Under the pieces are notes generated by a model that had not been told where the DNA came from, made no database searches, and saw nothing but the letters and a program-made list of their open reading frames with translations. Positions 31,977-32,000 of a stretch of DNA of 32,000 nt are shown piece after piece. Positions within the stretch are counted from its first letter, which is position 1. The number at the start of each line of letters is the position of its first letter. The position numbers were made by a program, and so were the translations under genes. The DNA is from Candidatus Saganbacteria bacterium (lineage in GTDB: Bacteria; Margulisbacteria; WOR-1; JAKLHX01), in the NCBI GenBank assembly GCA_026387835.1, contig JAPLKZ010000010.1:146379-178378 (forward strand), written 5' to 3'.

Positions 31977-32000
31977 ATGAACCTGTATAATCTGACGGCT
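31977..32000 (+). CDS. gatA: amidotransferase subunit A, first 8 codons only
   Basis: ATG at 31977, 5 nt after the gatC stop. MNLYNLTA resembles the usual GatA start (M.L..LTA). The call rests mainly on the gatC-gatA order. Confidence 0.55.

Noticed and set aside
1-32000. Search for tRNA, rRNA, CRISPR arrays, transposases, integrases, toxin-antitoxin pairs or known defence genes
   Set aside because: No cloverleaf-capable intergenic segment, repeat-spacer array or recognisable mobile-element or defence protein signature was seen. The intergenic regions are mostly under 120 bp, apart from 3402-3918.

Overview
Chromosomal window from what looks like an uncultivated bacterium. GC appears mid-40s % by eye (not computed), and FtsZ and the division cluster look cyanobacteria-sister-like. 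I support about 31 protein genes. I found no rRNA, tRNA, CRISPR array, transposase or integrase. Core content: NSS transporter with a MetS-like micro-subunit, hisG, ssb, an LCP protein, an M50/CBS protease, DJ-1/PfpI, PolX, ddl-ftsQ-ftsZ (no ftsA), a GNAT, fba-queF, ktrBA, purC, an OmpR-type two-component system, tsaD, and gatC with the start of gatA. Accessory or unexplained content: (1) At 1-5724, a minus-strand block of orphan genes. It includes two large paralogous proteins (601 and 848 aa) with EF-hand-type Ca2+ loops, Pro-rich and Ala/Lys repeat linkers and no export signal. They are separated by a 517-bp repeat- and palindrome-rich spacer. This is my best candidate for an undescribed system. 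(2) A PgaB-like deacetylase plus TIM-barrel hydrolase fusion lipoprotein. (3) Two paralogous small Lys-rich secreted peptides, divergent from the two-component system, with a direct-repeat box upstream. (4) A leaderless VIT-like membrane protein and Ntn-hydrolase pair. (5) tsaD carrying two GC-rich repeat or palindrome insertions in frame. (6) A methyltransferase-fold orphan with a degenerate SAM loop, convergent with a secreted helical orphan. Across the window, first genes of many transcription units have a TAnAAT box (often TGn-extended) 6-10 nt before the ATG and no Shine-Dalgarno site (SD), which predicts leaderless mRNAs. All function calls rest on motif recognition by eye; no database search was run.
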